Both the position numbers and the translations under genes were made by a program. Under the pieces are notes generated by a model, which was not told where the DNA came from, searched no databases, and was given only the letters and a program-made list of their open reading frames with translations. From an uncultured Nitrososphaerales archaeon (GTDB lineage: Archaea; Thermoproteota; Nitrososphaeria; Nitrososphaerales; Nitrososphaeraceae), in assembly GCA_963709405.1 (NCBI GenBank), contig CAVPXM010000046.1:1-56886 (forward strand): a stretch of DNA of 56,886 bases, read 5' to 3'. Below are positions 1 to 9,593 of the stretch, piece by piece; the stretch's first letter is position 1, and every line of letters begins with the position of its first letter.

Positions 1-2
1 GT

Positions 3-329
3 CGGAGAAGGAGGAGGAGTTCTTCGAGCGGCCAGCGCCGGCGCTTGCTCATTGCCCGGGCGATCGTCCGCCGTCCCCGGATACTCCTGCTCGACGAGGC
101 GACCGGCGCACTCGACAGCGTGACTCAGGCGATTGTCAGCGACAGCCTCACCAACCAGCTTCGGGGCATGACCCGACTCGTGATCGCCCACCGCCTTGAC
201 GCGGTCGTCAACGCCGATCGCATCTACGTCCTCACCGACAGCCGCATCGTCCAGTCCGGTCGATACCACCAGCTTCTGGACGAACCAGGACCGTTCCGAG
301 ACCTGGCCCGCCGTCAAATCCTCTCATGA
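3..329 (+). CDS. ABC transporter ATP-binding domain, C-terminal part (peptidase/bacteriocin-exporter-like), 5' partial
   Basis: Signature SGQRRRLLIARA, Walker B ILLLDEATGALD, H-loop VIAHRL. Confidence 0.85.
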   Translation, partial: RRRRRSSSSGQRRRLLIARAIVRRPRILLLDEATGALDSVTQAIVSDSLTNQLRGMTRLVIAHRLDAVVNADRIYVLTDSRIVQSGRYHQLLDEPGPFRDLARRQILS

Positions 330-680
330 TTGGTTCTTCTTGGGCACCACCTTGATCAGGAACGGCTTGGTGTACCGGCTGATGTGCCCGACACTGTCGA
401 GCGCCCGTAGCTGGAAACGATGAACGCCCACGCTCTGGGGCGTCGTGATCTGGACCTTGTAGTTGTTGTTCTTTTCAACGCTGGTCTGACCCACGACGAC
501 GCCCTCGGGCGTGACAACCTGGATGACGGTGTGGAAGTGGTAGCTCCCCACGAGGTTCGGTCGGTGGAGCGGAGTCTTGATGTGCTGGGCATCAGCCTGG
601 ATCCCTTGGTTCTTCGTGATTTGTGGGAGCGCGGGGGCCGGCATCGGGCGGCCGATGGCATCCGCATTCGAGGAAGTCAT
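324..680 (-). CDS. Bacterial protein with C-terminal Ig-like beta-sandwich
   Basis: Beta-rich NYKVQITTPQSVGVHRFQLRALDSVGHIS; convergent with the ABC gene; start uncertain. Confidence 0.45.
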   Translation of the reverse strand: MTSSNADAIGRPMPAPALPQITKNQGIQADAQHIKTPLHRPNLVGSYHFHTVIQVVTPEGVVVGQTSVEKNNNYKVQITTPQSVGVHRFQLRALDSVGHISRYTKPFLIKVVPKKNQS

Positions 681-849
681 GACAAAACGCGGTTCACGGA
701 TGGCCTCCAAATCCCCACGCCGCAAACCGCGCCCCGCATCCGCGCGCGGAGCCGCCGGCCGGACAACTCCCCGCCGCGCTCCCGGCGCCCGCCAGCCCGC
801 CTCCCGCCGGGCCGCCCCGCTGCGCAACCATCCGCCGAAATTCCGAATA

Positions 850-918
850 AAAGAAAGCTGCAAGTCCTGATGGTCGAGGATCTGGAAGACGACGCCCTCC
901 TGATGACCCGCGAACTCG
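850..918 (+). pseudogene. Response-regulator receiver domain N-terminus, cut at the junction
   Basis: KLQVLMVEDLEDDALLMTREL matches beta1-alpha1 of REC domains. Confidence 0.6.
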
Positions 919-1347
919 ATAACTGGGACACCTATTATTATTCGCATACCACGGGAAAAATATGTAAACTATGGAATTGAGTCTAGACTAGGTTATGAAT
1001 ATCTATATTGGAGAAAGGATTACCCAATAGAACTCTTTATATGTCAGCTGTGGCAAAACTTGCTAAGAAAATACATAGAATATTTCAAGATTGATCTTGC
1101 TCATCTAAGGTCATCTGAAAATGTTGATACTGATGCTTTTCAAATTTTTAATAAATTTGTGTTTAAAAAACAAATCTCTACTAAGATAATAATGAAGAAT
1201 ACACAACATATTGTAATAGGAACCATTTGGGAATTTCAATTTCAAGGATTAGAGGATGTGGAGGTCATACAGTTTGCATTGGACGCTGGATTTGGGGAGA
1301 GGAATTCTATGGGTTTTGGTTTCATGAATCTAAAGAAAATGTCGTAG
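919..1347 (+). CDS. cas6: CRISPR-associated endoribonuclease Cas6, 5' truncated
   Basis: Frame of ORF 1060-1347 is open back to ITGTPIIIRIP at 919; C-terminal G-loop DAGFGERNSMGFG; adjacent to array. Confidence 0.92.
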   Translation: MTGTPIIIRIPREKYVNYGIESRLGYEYLYWRKDYPIELFICQLWQNLLRKYIEYFKIDLAHLRSSENVDTDAFQIFNKFVFKKQISTKIIMKNTQHIVIGTIWEFQFQGLEDVEVIQFALDAGFGERNSMGFGFMNLKKMS

Positions 1348-1439
1348 GTATGTCTGTGTTTATATATGAACTGCTTGACCGGAGGTTGACGTAACAAATT
1401 TATAATTTGATATGCTATTTTGAACGTAGAATAGTGGGG
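1348..1439 (+). promoter_or_regulatory. CRISPR leader with TATA-like box
   Basis: AT-rich 92 bp before repeat 1, containing AAATTTATAAT at ~1397-1407. Confidence 0.6.
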
Positions 1440-1734
1440 GTTTAAATCGAACTATTATAGGATTGAAAGGTATCTTCAAATACGGCTATGTATGCTGTGT
1501 ATAGTGGTTTAAATCGAACTATTATAGGATTGAAAGAATGCGGTCTGTTCGAAATATTGAACGTTTTTAGTCGTTTAAATCGAACTATTATAGGATTGAA
1601 AGATCGCGTGCTCACCGATTGGCTCTATGACCTTACCTGTTTAAATCGAACTATTATAGGATTGAAAGGCTTCACCCCACAACAGCGGTTGCTCGCACTC
1701 GCGGGTTTAAATCGAACTATTATAGGATTGAAAG
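1440..1734 (+). CRISPR. CRISPR array, 5 identical 30-bp repeats and 4 spacers
   Basis: GTTTAAATCGAACTATTATAGGATTGAAAG at 1440, 1507, 1573, 1639, 1705; spacers 37, 36, 36, 36 bp; 3' ATTGAAAG handle gives + orientation. Confidence 0.99.
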
Positions 1735-1818
1735 AGAGACTTGCCACTACCAGCCATGATACGTTTCTTGCCAACAGCATACAAATATGCTTATAATGAA
1801 AATACATGTCTCTAAAAC

Positions 1819-3349
1819 ATGGATAACACCATTGAGATACTGAGAACTGGTGATTTTTGGATAGATTTAGGAGTTTGTTACATATGGAGGCAGACTTCTA
1901 TCAAGAGGATCTAATATAAAGATAGATGAGGCGGAGAAAAGAATAGTCTCAGAAATCTTAATTGGCAACGATAAAGACGATCCAGACCTGATAGCAATGC
2001 TATATCCTTCTAGGATTGCAATAGAATATTCAGATAAAAAGGTATTAAGCGAAGAACTGACTGATATCTTAGAGACCACAAGGTCGCATTACCTAGGGAT
2101 CTCCAAAAAGGGTAGAGAAAAATGGGATAGGCAGGGACTATTTTTCAGTGCCGTTACACAAAGGAGATTGTTCTTTGAGCCTCCAAGATTAGACGTTCGA
2201 CGTAACCGATCCATTAAGTGCGCCTTTTGTGGATCAGAAAGATTTGCAATAAAACAGTCTGGTGCAACCAACCAGCCATTAATAGCAAATCCTGGCAAGT
2301 TCAGTAGCTTCTATTCTAATTTTAGAGGGGATATAAAAATTTGTGAAATGTGCAATTTTGTTAGCAAATTTTCACCCCTTTGCATTTTCTATGGGATATC
2401 AAAAAAGTTGCTCACTGCCATTATATTTGAAAGTAATGATCTTAGGGATCTCGATTCTGTTCTTAAAGAATTCAGTGAAATATCCACTGGATCAGATGGC
2501 TATAGGAACTTTCGAAGCACATTAGGTTTTACGAGATATCCTCTGGAAACGTTTCTCGACTTCTTATTCTCAATAATTCAAGGCATAGAAAGAAAGAAGG
2601 ATTTAGAAGGTTTAAACCTGATGATTAAAGGGCTAATAAGTAAGGTGCACATAATTCAGGGAACATTAGGTAAGGTATTGTCGTTAGACAAATACTACGT
2701 TATACCCAACCTACCACGTGTCTTAGACTTTATATCAATGTGCAGATGGTTAAGCAGGAACCAAAGGATGTATAACAGTATGCTGGAAACTGCAAAATGG
2801 CTGGTTTTAAAAAGAAAAAGAGAAAAAGATACGGACACGACAGTTAGGGAAGAATTTGCAAGACGGATCATTTACAACACAGATGCTACAGACCTAATAG
2901 AGGATTTCTTAATATCTCGTGTCGAAGACGAGAGACTGAATCAGTTTGTCAGGATAAATTTAGATAAATTTATCAAAATGTATTCTCTTAACGTATTGGA
3001 CTTGGATTCAAATCAGCTAAAGCTGGCTAAACTTCTTGGCAATATGGTTGGAAATCTTGCCGCTAAACAGGAAAAATCGTTGCTTTACAACCTTAGGAGC
3101 ATCGGAAATCTAGAGAGTTTCATAGAATTTTTTCATAGACTGTTGGTAAGATATCCGGATGAGATTAACCGGTTTGAACTGAAAGATAAACCATCTAATA
3201 ATGACTTCGACAACTTGCTGACCGCACTTGATAATACCAATTGGCGCACATATAAATCTCTTATCGGGATCTATTCAGCCTTAAAATTTAGTGAGGTAAC
3301 GAGTGGACTAGATGTTAAGAATCCAATTAATAATGTGATAAGCCAATGA
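1819..3349 (+). CDS. cas8: Type I-B Cas8 large subunit (Cst1/CXXC-CXXC type), with +1 frameshift near 1891
   Basis: CAFC and CEMC motifs, position before cas7. N-terminus MDNTIEILRTGDFWIDLG starts at ATG 1819 in another frame and joins RLLSRGSN of the 1997 frame. Confidence 0.85.
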
Positions 3350-4581
3350 GTTCAAACACAGAAAACCGTCCATCAAGAAGTATCTCTATAGGATTGCTAA
3401 TGCGAGTTGATATCGGAAACGTTAACTCTGGTTGGACCGAGGGGGTAGTGACAGCAATAAAGAAAGTCGAGAGGCCTGATGGTTATTTCCATCCCTACAT
3501 TTCGGGTCAGGCTTTAAGACGCTACATTCGTGATACAATGAAAGATATCATCCTTGATAATGAATCATATAAAACCTTCAAGATCTCCCCAGAGGAAACA
3601 GGGCAGGATAGGAAATCACCAATTATTACCAAAGGAGATCCTAGGAATTATTTTGATGACGATTTGTTTGGATTTATGATGGCAATTAAAAATACTTCTC
3701 AAAGGAAGGATAATACCGAAAAATCAAAAGATCAAAAAAAATCAAAGTCAAAACATCTACTGACAACAAATGAACAGACAATCAAAAATCAAAATCAACA
3801 ATCTTTGGTCAAAATACCTGCAGAACTAGATAATGTAGATACTACACAGATAAATAATGTCGGGAAGGACGAAGGAGGAGAATCTACTAGGAAAAGGACA
3901 TCACCCTTACGAGTATCACCTGCGTTTGGGTTGTTTAGACTAAATTCTGACAGAGACCTTGGCACACGTTCTGCAATGGAAGTCAAAGGTTCTGCTGATG
4001 CTGGAGGATCAATATTTGAAACGGAGATTACAAGTAATATCTTCAGATCTTCGTTATTATTAGAACTTGATCGTGTAGGTGTATGGAAAAGATATGAAAC
4101 TACTGATCGTAATGACTGGAAAAATGACCCGAAACGGAGGATTTCGCTTGAGTTATCAGAGCGTAAGCAAAGAATAAAACTGTTACTTGAATCTCTTAAA
4201 TACTTATGGGGAGGAGGAAGACAGTCCAGATTTTTGGTAGACCTTGTCCCAACATTTATAATTTATGCTAGAACGACGCAGAAATTTCCTCTTTTCTTGA
4301 ACTGCCTGAATGTTCATTATAACAATAGTAATAGCGATATTAATTATAGAATCAATACCGAGTTACTTCAAGAAACCATCAATGATTATTCAGATGTTAT
4401 CCAAAACATTATAGTGGGAATTCGTAAGGATATGTTTACCAATTCAGAGAGTGACTTTACAAAAATGTTTAATAATGTATCGGTGTTTCCTCCCGGAAAA
4501 GCAATTACTCTTATGACTACAGATATTGATAAGGCATCAATTGCTGAAACTAAAATTGCAAGTAATCAGACTAGGGGTTAG
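3346..4581 (+). CDS. cas7: Type I-B Cas7 (Cst2/DevR family)
   Basis: PYISGQALRRYIRDT, DDDLFGFM, RTSPLRVS, GGGRQSRFLVDLVP motifs. Confidence 0.93.
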   Translation: MSSNTENRPSRSISIGLLMRVDIGNVNSGWTEGVVTAIKKVERPDGYFHPYISGQALRRYIRDTMKDIILDNESYKTFKISPEETGQDRKSPIITKGDPRNYFDDDLFGFMMAIKNTSQRKDNTEKSKDQKKSKSKHLLTTNEQTIKNQNQQSLVKIPAELDNVDTTQINNVGKDEGGESTRKRTSPLRVSPAFGLFRLNSDRDLGTRSAMEVKGSADAGGSIFETEITSNIFRSSLLLELDRVGVWKRYETTDRNDWKNDPKRRISLELSERKQRIKLLLESLKYLWGGGRQSRFLVDLVPTFIIYARTTQKFPLFLNCLNVHYNNSNSDINYRINTELLQETINDYSDVIQNIIVGIRKDMFTNSESDFTKMFNNVSVFPPGKAITLMTTDIDKASIAETKIASNQTRG

Positions 4582-5304
4582 AGGTAGTTTTAATTCTTTC
4601 AGAATACCAACTGATATAAGATACCATAAAACATTTCATGTGCCGACCAAAACCACTCTCGTTGGATTGCTTGGGCAGCCTTTGGTTTAGAGGAAGTTGA
4701 GCTGGAAAAGTTATACGCGCGAATTCAGACAAATGCTTTATTGGAACGATATAATGGAATGGCAAATGATCTTTGGCTCATTACTAAGATCAAAACTGAC
4801 AATCTTAACAAACCAGAATCTTCTCTCGTATCCAGAGAAATGTTATTTGAACCTCAATACACCGTATATTATAATATAACTTCAAAGAAAGACGAGCAAA
4901 AAAATATAGAATATGATGACATCATCGCGGCTTTCAATGAACCTGAATTTCCGCTTACACTTGGAAGATCTGATGAAATGATAGAGGTCGTGGCCAAGCC
5001 TAAGATTATAGATTTAATACCTACAACTATCAATGAAAAACAATACTATAGAAATACAATATTACCCTTTAACTATAAGGATTATTTTGGAGGATATGAG
5101 AAAACTCTGATGAGGAAAGGATATACATTTAATCTTCCCCAAGTTTTATCCATTCCAATAGGTTTCGATATTAGTCAAACGGGATTAAGAAAACCTTCTT
5201 CAAATTTACAGATAACTTTGGTTTATGATACTGCTGTTAATATCATCAACAGGAATGATGGTTGGTTAGACAATGAAAACGGAAGATACGTATATTTCTA
5301 CTGA
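4541..5304 (+). CDS. cas5: Cas5, frameshifted at GGG 4673-4675
   Basis: FNSFRIP...HKTFHVPTKTTLVGLLG then AAFG in the next frame; C-terminal FPLTLGRSDE. Confidence 0.9.
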
Positions 5305-7570
5305 TATTCTTGCAAAATCAGATCCCGAGGAAACCCTTGCTGTTCATACTAATAATGCCATAACATATCTAAAACAAGTAATAAAATGGTATTTCAAAAA
5401 TATATCATATATTTCTAATTTGCTAGGGATTAGTTATGATGAAATTGTAGCCAGACTATTTGCGATGGTCTATCTGCATGATATTGGAAAATCAAACCCT
5501 TCATTTCAGAAATACATAAGAGAAAAGGAAGGTAGACAAAGGCCGTTTCCACCCCATGCATTGCTGTCTGCCCATTTTATTATCAATTCAGTTATTCCAA
5601 TCAGGATAAATGGAATTAACCAATATCCCGAAACCTTGGCAGTCTTATCCCACCATACGCCATATTATAATGATTTATATTTTGATTGTTGTTATGATGC
5701 AGATCCAGAGACTCAGTTTAATCTTCACAACAAATATGGTTTATTCTGTAAGAATTATGGGTTATTATTTTATGATTACTTACCATTTGCCTATGCTTCC
5801 TATTTTGGAAAAGAATTCCCATTTGTGATATCAAGGCCAGACTTAGGTAAGAAATTTGGCTCAACTCTTTCTACAATAAAGGAAACTTTACTTAGGGATG
5901 ACCGACCAAAATTTCAGCTCCGTTTTCTGCATTCTTTGTTTGTTTCGATTCTTCACTATTCTGATTGGCTATCAAGTGGAAAATCATACTTTAGATACTC
6001 TGAGGAAGCAATAACTCCACAATTAGAACTTCAGGCAAGATCTTATCCACAATTTAATGGTTGGTATGATTACCAGACCCAGGCTGCAGATATCAAAGAA
6101 AATATGCTTCTTTGTGCTCCTACCGGGATGGGAAAAACAGAAGCCGCATTATGGTGGGCCAATGCCAATCTTGAAGGAGGAAAGATACTATATCTACTTC
6201 CTACCAGAGTAACGGCAAACGCAATGTATGCTAGATTAAGGAGATTATTAGGTAATAATACTGGCATTTCGCATGGAACTGCTGTTCTCAGAATTGCCGA
6301 GGATGAGAAATGGAATTACGCTTCAATATTAACAAAGAGACTGATTTATGGCACATTCATGAGCCCCACTACAGTTGCAACAGTGGACCATTTGCTATTA
6401 TCGATTTTTAATTGGCGACATTGGGAAATGATAGAACAAAATGCTTCAAATGCTTCAATAATATTTGATGAAATTCATGCATATGATTTCTACACAATTG
6501 CGCTTATCTCTCAGATCATAAGATCTGTTTCCAGAGTTGGTAGTAGATTTGCATTCTTGTCAGCCACCTTGCCGAATTATCTAAAAGAATATTTCACGGA
6601 TACCCTGACCGATTGTCAACCTAAATTAGTGGAAGATAAACAGTTTAGCCAACTTGTCAGACATAGAATCAATTTTTTTGCTATGGATATAAGTAACGCG
6701 ATTGAAGATATCGTTTCTCAATATAGAATCTGTAAAAAAATATTGGTAATATTAAACACCGTAGACGGCGCTATAGACTATTATCTTAGAATTAAAGATT
6801 TCTTAATTTCTAAAAATGAAGATACATCTCATCTAGTTTTGTATCACTCAAGGTTTATAGAAAGAGACCGAAATAAAAAAGAAAGTATTATCGAGGATGC
6901 ACCAGAACAAAAGAACGGATTCATTGCAGTTACGACTCAGGTTGTCGAAGTCAGCTTGAATATTGACTATGATATACTCTTTACTCAGATTGCACCAATA
7001 GATGCCCTAGTCCAACGCTTTGGTAGAGTAAATAGAAAAGGAATGAAGTCTATTTCAGATGTCGGAAACATAATGATCTATAACTACGGACATACAGATC
7101 ATAAAGTCTATGGTGAAACTAACCTTGTTAGGGCAAGAGAAATAGTAGAAGCAAAGCTGGATAAAAGGTCGCCATCAGAAGCATATATCCACTCGCTTAT
7201 CGATAGTCAATATCCTATCGAGAATACCTTTGTGGAACTAAAAAAGGAAGAGAAAAATGTAAATACTGACCTAAAAATGCTGCGAAATGATCTATGGGAA
7301 ATCCAGACCTTATTATTAGGTGACAGAGACAACGCTCTGTATAGGATTGCGAGGACTAGACAAGAAAAAGTCCCTGATATCGAGATCATTCCTAGCATTT
7401 ATGAGAATGAGATTTCGACAAAAAAACACGCCATAGAATCAATGTATTATATAGTTAGAGTGCCTTTATACAAATTTGAAAAATGTATAAGATATAAGAC
7501 TGGCAACTCATTCATTCCGATTGGAGACGTAGACTACAGTATGGAATTAGGAGCAACGGGATGTCTGTAA
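5273..7570 (+). CDS. cas3: Cas3 HD nuclease-helicase
   Basis: LHDIGK, SHH, APTGMGKT, DEIH, SAT, QRFGRVNR motifs; 765 aa. Confidence 0.97.
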   Translation: MKTEDTYISTDILAKSDPEETLAVHTNNAITYLKQVIKWYFKNISYISNLLGISYDEIVARLFAMVYLHDIGKSNPSFQKYIREKEGRQRPFPPHALLSAHFIINSVIPIRINGINQYPETLAVLSHHTPYYNDLYFDCCYDADPETQFNLHNKYGLFCKNYGLLFYDYLPFAYASYFGKEFPFVISRPDLGKKFGSTLSTIKETLLRDDRPKFQLRFLHSLFVSILHYSDWLSSGKSYFRYSEEAITPQLELQARSYPQFNGWYDYQTQAADIKENMLLCAPTGMGKTEAALWWANANLEGGKILYLLPTRVTANAMYARLRRLLGNNTGISHGTAVLRIAEDEKWNYASILTKRLIYGTFMSPTTVATVDHLLLSIFNWRHWEMIEQNASNASIIFDEIHAYDFYTIALISQIIRSVSRVGSRFAFLSATLPNYLKEYFTDTLTDCQPKLVEDKQFSQLVRHRINFFAMDISNAIEDIVSQYRICKKILVILNTVDGAIDYYLRIKDFLISKNEDTSHLVLYHSRFIERDRNKKESIIEDAPEQKNGFIAVTTQVVEVSLNIDYDILFTQIAPIDALVQRFGRVNRKGMKSISDVGNIMIYNYGHTDHKVYGETNLVRAREIVEAKLDKRSPSEAYIHSLIDSQYPIENTFVELKKEEKNVNTDLKMLRNDLWEIQTLLLGDRDNALYRIARTRQEKVPDIEIIPSIYENEISTKKHAIESMYYIVRVPLYKFEKCIRYKTGNSFIPIGDVDYSMELGATGCL

Positions 7571-7868
7571 TCTATAACAGAAGAATATTGTGCAATGAGG
7601 CATACTGAAAATAATGACATTTTTTGACTCTCCAAGAGATTAAAAGATTGATGGCGACCTAGCCTATGTTGTTGTTAAGGATGATTTTCGTTAAACGATA
7701 AATAGTAGCAACATCTGTAGTTGTAGATATGTCTGGCAAATATAGATAGATTAGATGAAATTAATTTTTGAGAAAACAATATTTATTCAATGAAAAGATT
7801 AAGAACCTTGTGATATCTGACTTCTCTTATTCGTTTGTTTTATCTTCTAGATATTGCCCCTTCATATG

Positions 7869-8684
7869 TTATTGAATCTGAATTGGAAACTTGAATGTCT
7901 GTTCGTTACCATAATCCATTCCAGCCTTAAAGCGGAATTCTGCGGTGGGAGAGGTATAATTTAAGGGTTCAAACAATACAACACCTTTTTCCTCAATACC
8001 AGAAGGAATAGTTGTTTTAATTTTCTTGTAATTTACATCCATGGATCCAGAAGTAGTCCCAAATTGGGTTTTTCCCTGAATTGCAATTGACTCGTATTCC
8101 CTAAAATTGAGATCATTATCACTTGTTTTATTTAAGTTCTCGACTGTCAAATATGCTCTTGTGTTCTTATCAGAGAATTCTACTTTGTGTAGTGTCATTC
8201 TTATTCCTTGTTTTTCTTGTGTCTTTTCAACCATTATCGTCTTTTTAGGTGGTTCATATACAAACATACAATCTATTTTTTCTACGGACTGTGCTTTTAT
8301 TGGTAACGCAGTAAGGTTTCCTCCTAATAAAGTCCTGTATTCTATAGTATTTCCTGTAGTCCCAATAATCCTTACGCAGTCATCACTACTAAATCGAATA
8401 TTCGTATAGTTATAACTTACAAGAACGTTCGTATCGCTATGACCTCCCTGATATACCTGTAAAGTCTTATAATTACCAAATTCAAAGGAAGGTATATTAA
8501 AGATCTTTGCTGTGATGTTTGCTTGTGAATTTACATATGCACCAGGATTTGCATATAGGTTATCAAAATTAGAGTCTGTAATTATTTGAGTCTTTGCAAA
8601 AACTACTTGTCGTGTTGTGGCAATCGAAAAGAGTGATAAGGAAATGACAAAGACTAGAGTTATACGTGAAAATAAAATATGCAT
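7869..8684 (-). CDS. Secreted protein, OB-fold-like plus Ig-like (DUF4352-like) domains
   Basis: N-terminal hydrophobic signal; beta-rich C-terminus RAYLTVEN...IPSGIEEKGVVLFEPL. Confidence 0.6.
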   Translation of the reverse strand: MHILFSRITLVFVISLSLFSIATTRQVVFAKTQIITDSNFDNLYANPGAYVNSQANITAKIFNIPSFEFGNYKTLQVYQGGHSDTNVLVSYNYTNIRFSSDDCVRIIGTTGNTIEYRTLLGGNLTALPIKAQSVEKIDCMFVYEPPKKTIMVEKTQEKQGIRMTLHKVEFSDKNTRAYLTVENLNKTSDNDLNFREYESIAIQGKTQFGTTSGSMDVNYKKIKTTIPSGIEEKGVVLFEPLNYTSPTAEFRFKAGMDYGNEQTFKFPIQIQ

Positions 8685-8938
8685 TTTACTATTTTGGTAT
8701 AGACATATCTTATAAAATCTTTCTTCTTCGATAGGCTTTTGGATATCTCATTTTACAATAAAAACGCATGAGTATACTGTTGATGATATACAAGGAATTC
8801 AATCGCCGCATTCCAGACAACAGGCATTTTCATATCATCTTCATTTAATTCACGCATATCCTGAACTAGATGAAATACGTGTCCAATTTATGTTCTGCAA
8901 TCTGTGGATGATCTCAGGGTCGTATGTTACAGGGTTAT

Positions 8939-9439
8939 TTATTGCATATCTTCGCCTACGCCTTTACCGATCGAATCTATCTGCAATGTTGATACGCCAT
9001 TTGTGAACAACATTCTACCTGTTGCAGGCATTTCATTAGCAAAGTTGCCAATAGTTATCCATGAGCCAGGTCCACCAAGTTCGACTATATCAACGCCTAC
9101 AGTATTGGTTATGTTCTTTACTTTCAATGCTATTGTTGCACTTTGCTCGGTCTGCCCTCCAGATGGATATTGATAGATTAGTGCTCCTTGCCAGACAAGT
9201 GACTTCGCATCATATCTGAATTCTACTTGACCGCTTGGTGTAAATGTTGCCATGTATATCGTTCTATTTGTTCTATCTATGATTATTGGGCTATCCAATG
9301 TGTATATGACAGATCCAGTCTGGTTATCTTCTCGCAAGAATTTTACACGTGCAGTAATACTAAAACCCTGAACTTCCTGCACTATTACTATTACAAGTAT
9401 TGCTATTGTGACTGTTAACACAAGCACTAGTTTTTGCAT
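8939..9439 (-). CDS. Hypothetical secreted beta-rich protein
   Basis: 166-aa ORF with signal peptide; start 1 nt after the DUF2080 stop. Confidence 0.65.
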   Translation of the reverse strand: MQKLVLVLTVTIAILVIVIVQEVQGFSITARVKFLREDNQTGSVIYTLDSPIIIDRTNRTIYMATFTPSGQVEFRYDAKSLVWQGALIYQYPSGGQTEQSATIALKVKNITNTVGVDIVELGGPGSWITIGNFANEMPATGRMLFTNGVSTLQIDSIGKGVGEDMQ

Positions 9440-9440
9440 T

Positions 9441-9578
9441 TCATCGTTTGGCCTCCTTTATTTTAACAATGACTGTTTTACCTATCCAGGTTTTGGGTAG
9501 GTAAACATGGCCACTGTTTCCAATTTCTGTAACTGTATCCTCTATCTCTCCAGAAATGACCTTGCGATGCTTTGTCAT
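9441..9578 (-). CDS. DUF2080-family (AbrB-like) small protein, not in ORF track
   Basis: Hand translation MTKHRKVISGEIEDTVTEIGNSGHVYLPKTWIGKTVIVKIKEAKR (45 aa); GNSGHVYLPKxWIGKxV signature. Confidence 0.8.
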   Translation of the reverse strand: MTKHRKVISGEIEDTVTEIGNSGHVYLPKTWIGKTVIVKIKEAKR

Positions 9579-9593
9579 TTGACATCCCAAACC

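Larger units (their letters stand above)
1..918. other. High-GC bacterial segment, probable chimeric/contaminant sequence
   Basis: Visibly GC-rich with bacterial-type genes; abrupt switch to AT-rich DNA at ~918, where a receiver-domain ORF runs directly into the middle of cas6. Confidence 0.85.

Noticed and set aside
196-980. Several overlapping ORFs in the GC-rich segment
   Set aside because: Shadow frames caused by stop-codon scarcity at high GC.
1470-1704. Self-targeting spacers
   Set aside because: Only 6-10 nt matches seen by eye (e.g. TTGAACGT in the leader), which is chance level.
1488-1807. ORFs 1488-1796 (+) and 1625-1807 (-)
   Set aside because: Translation through the CRISPR array; the 66-bp period keeps the frame open.
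919-7570. CRISPR-associated transposon (I-B CAST)
   Set aside because: Cas3 is intact and no TnsA/B/C or TniQ is present in the window.
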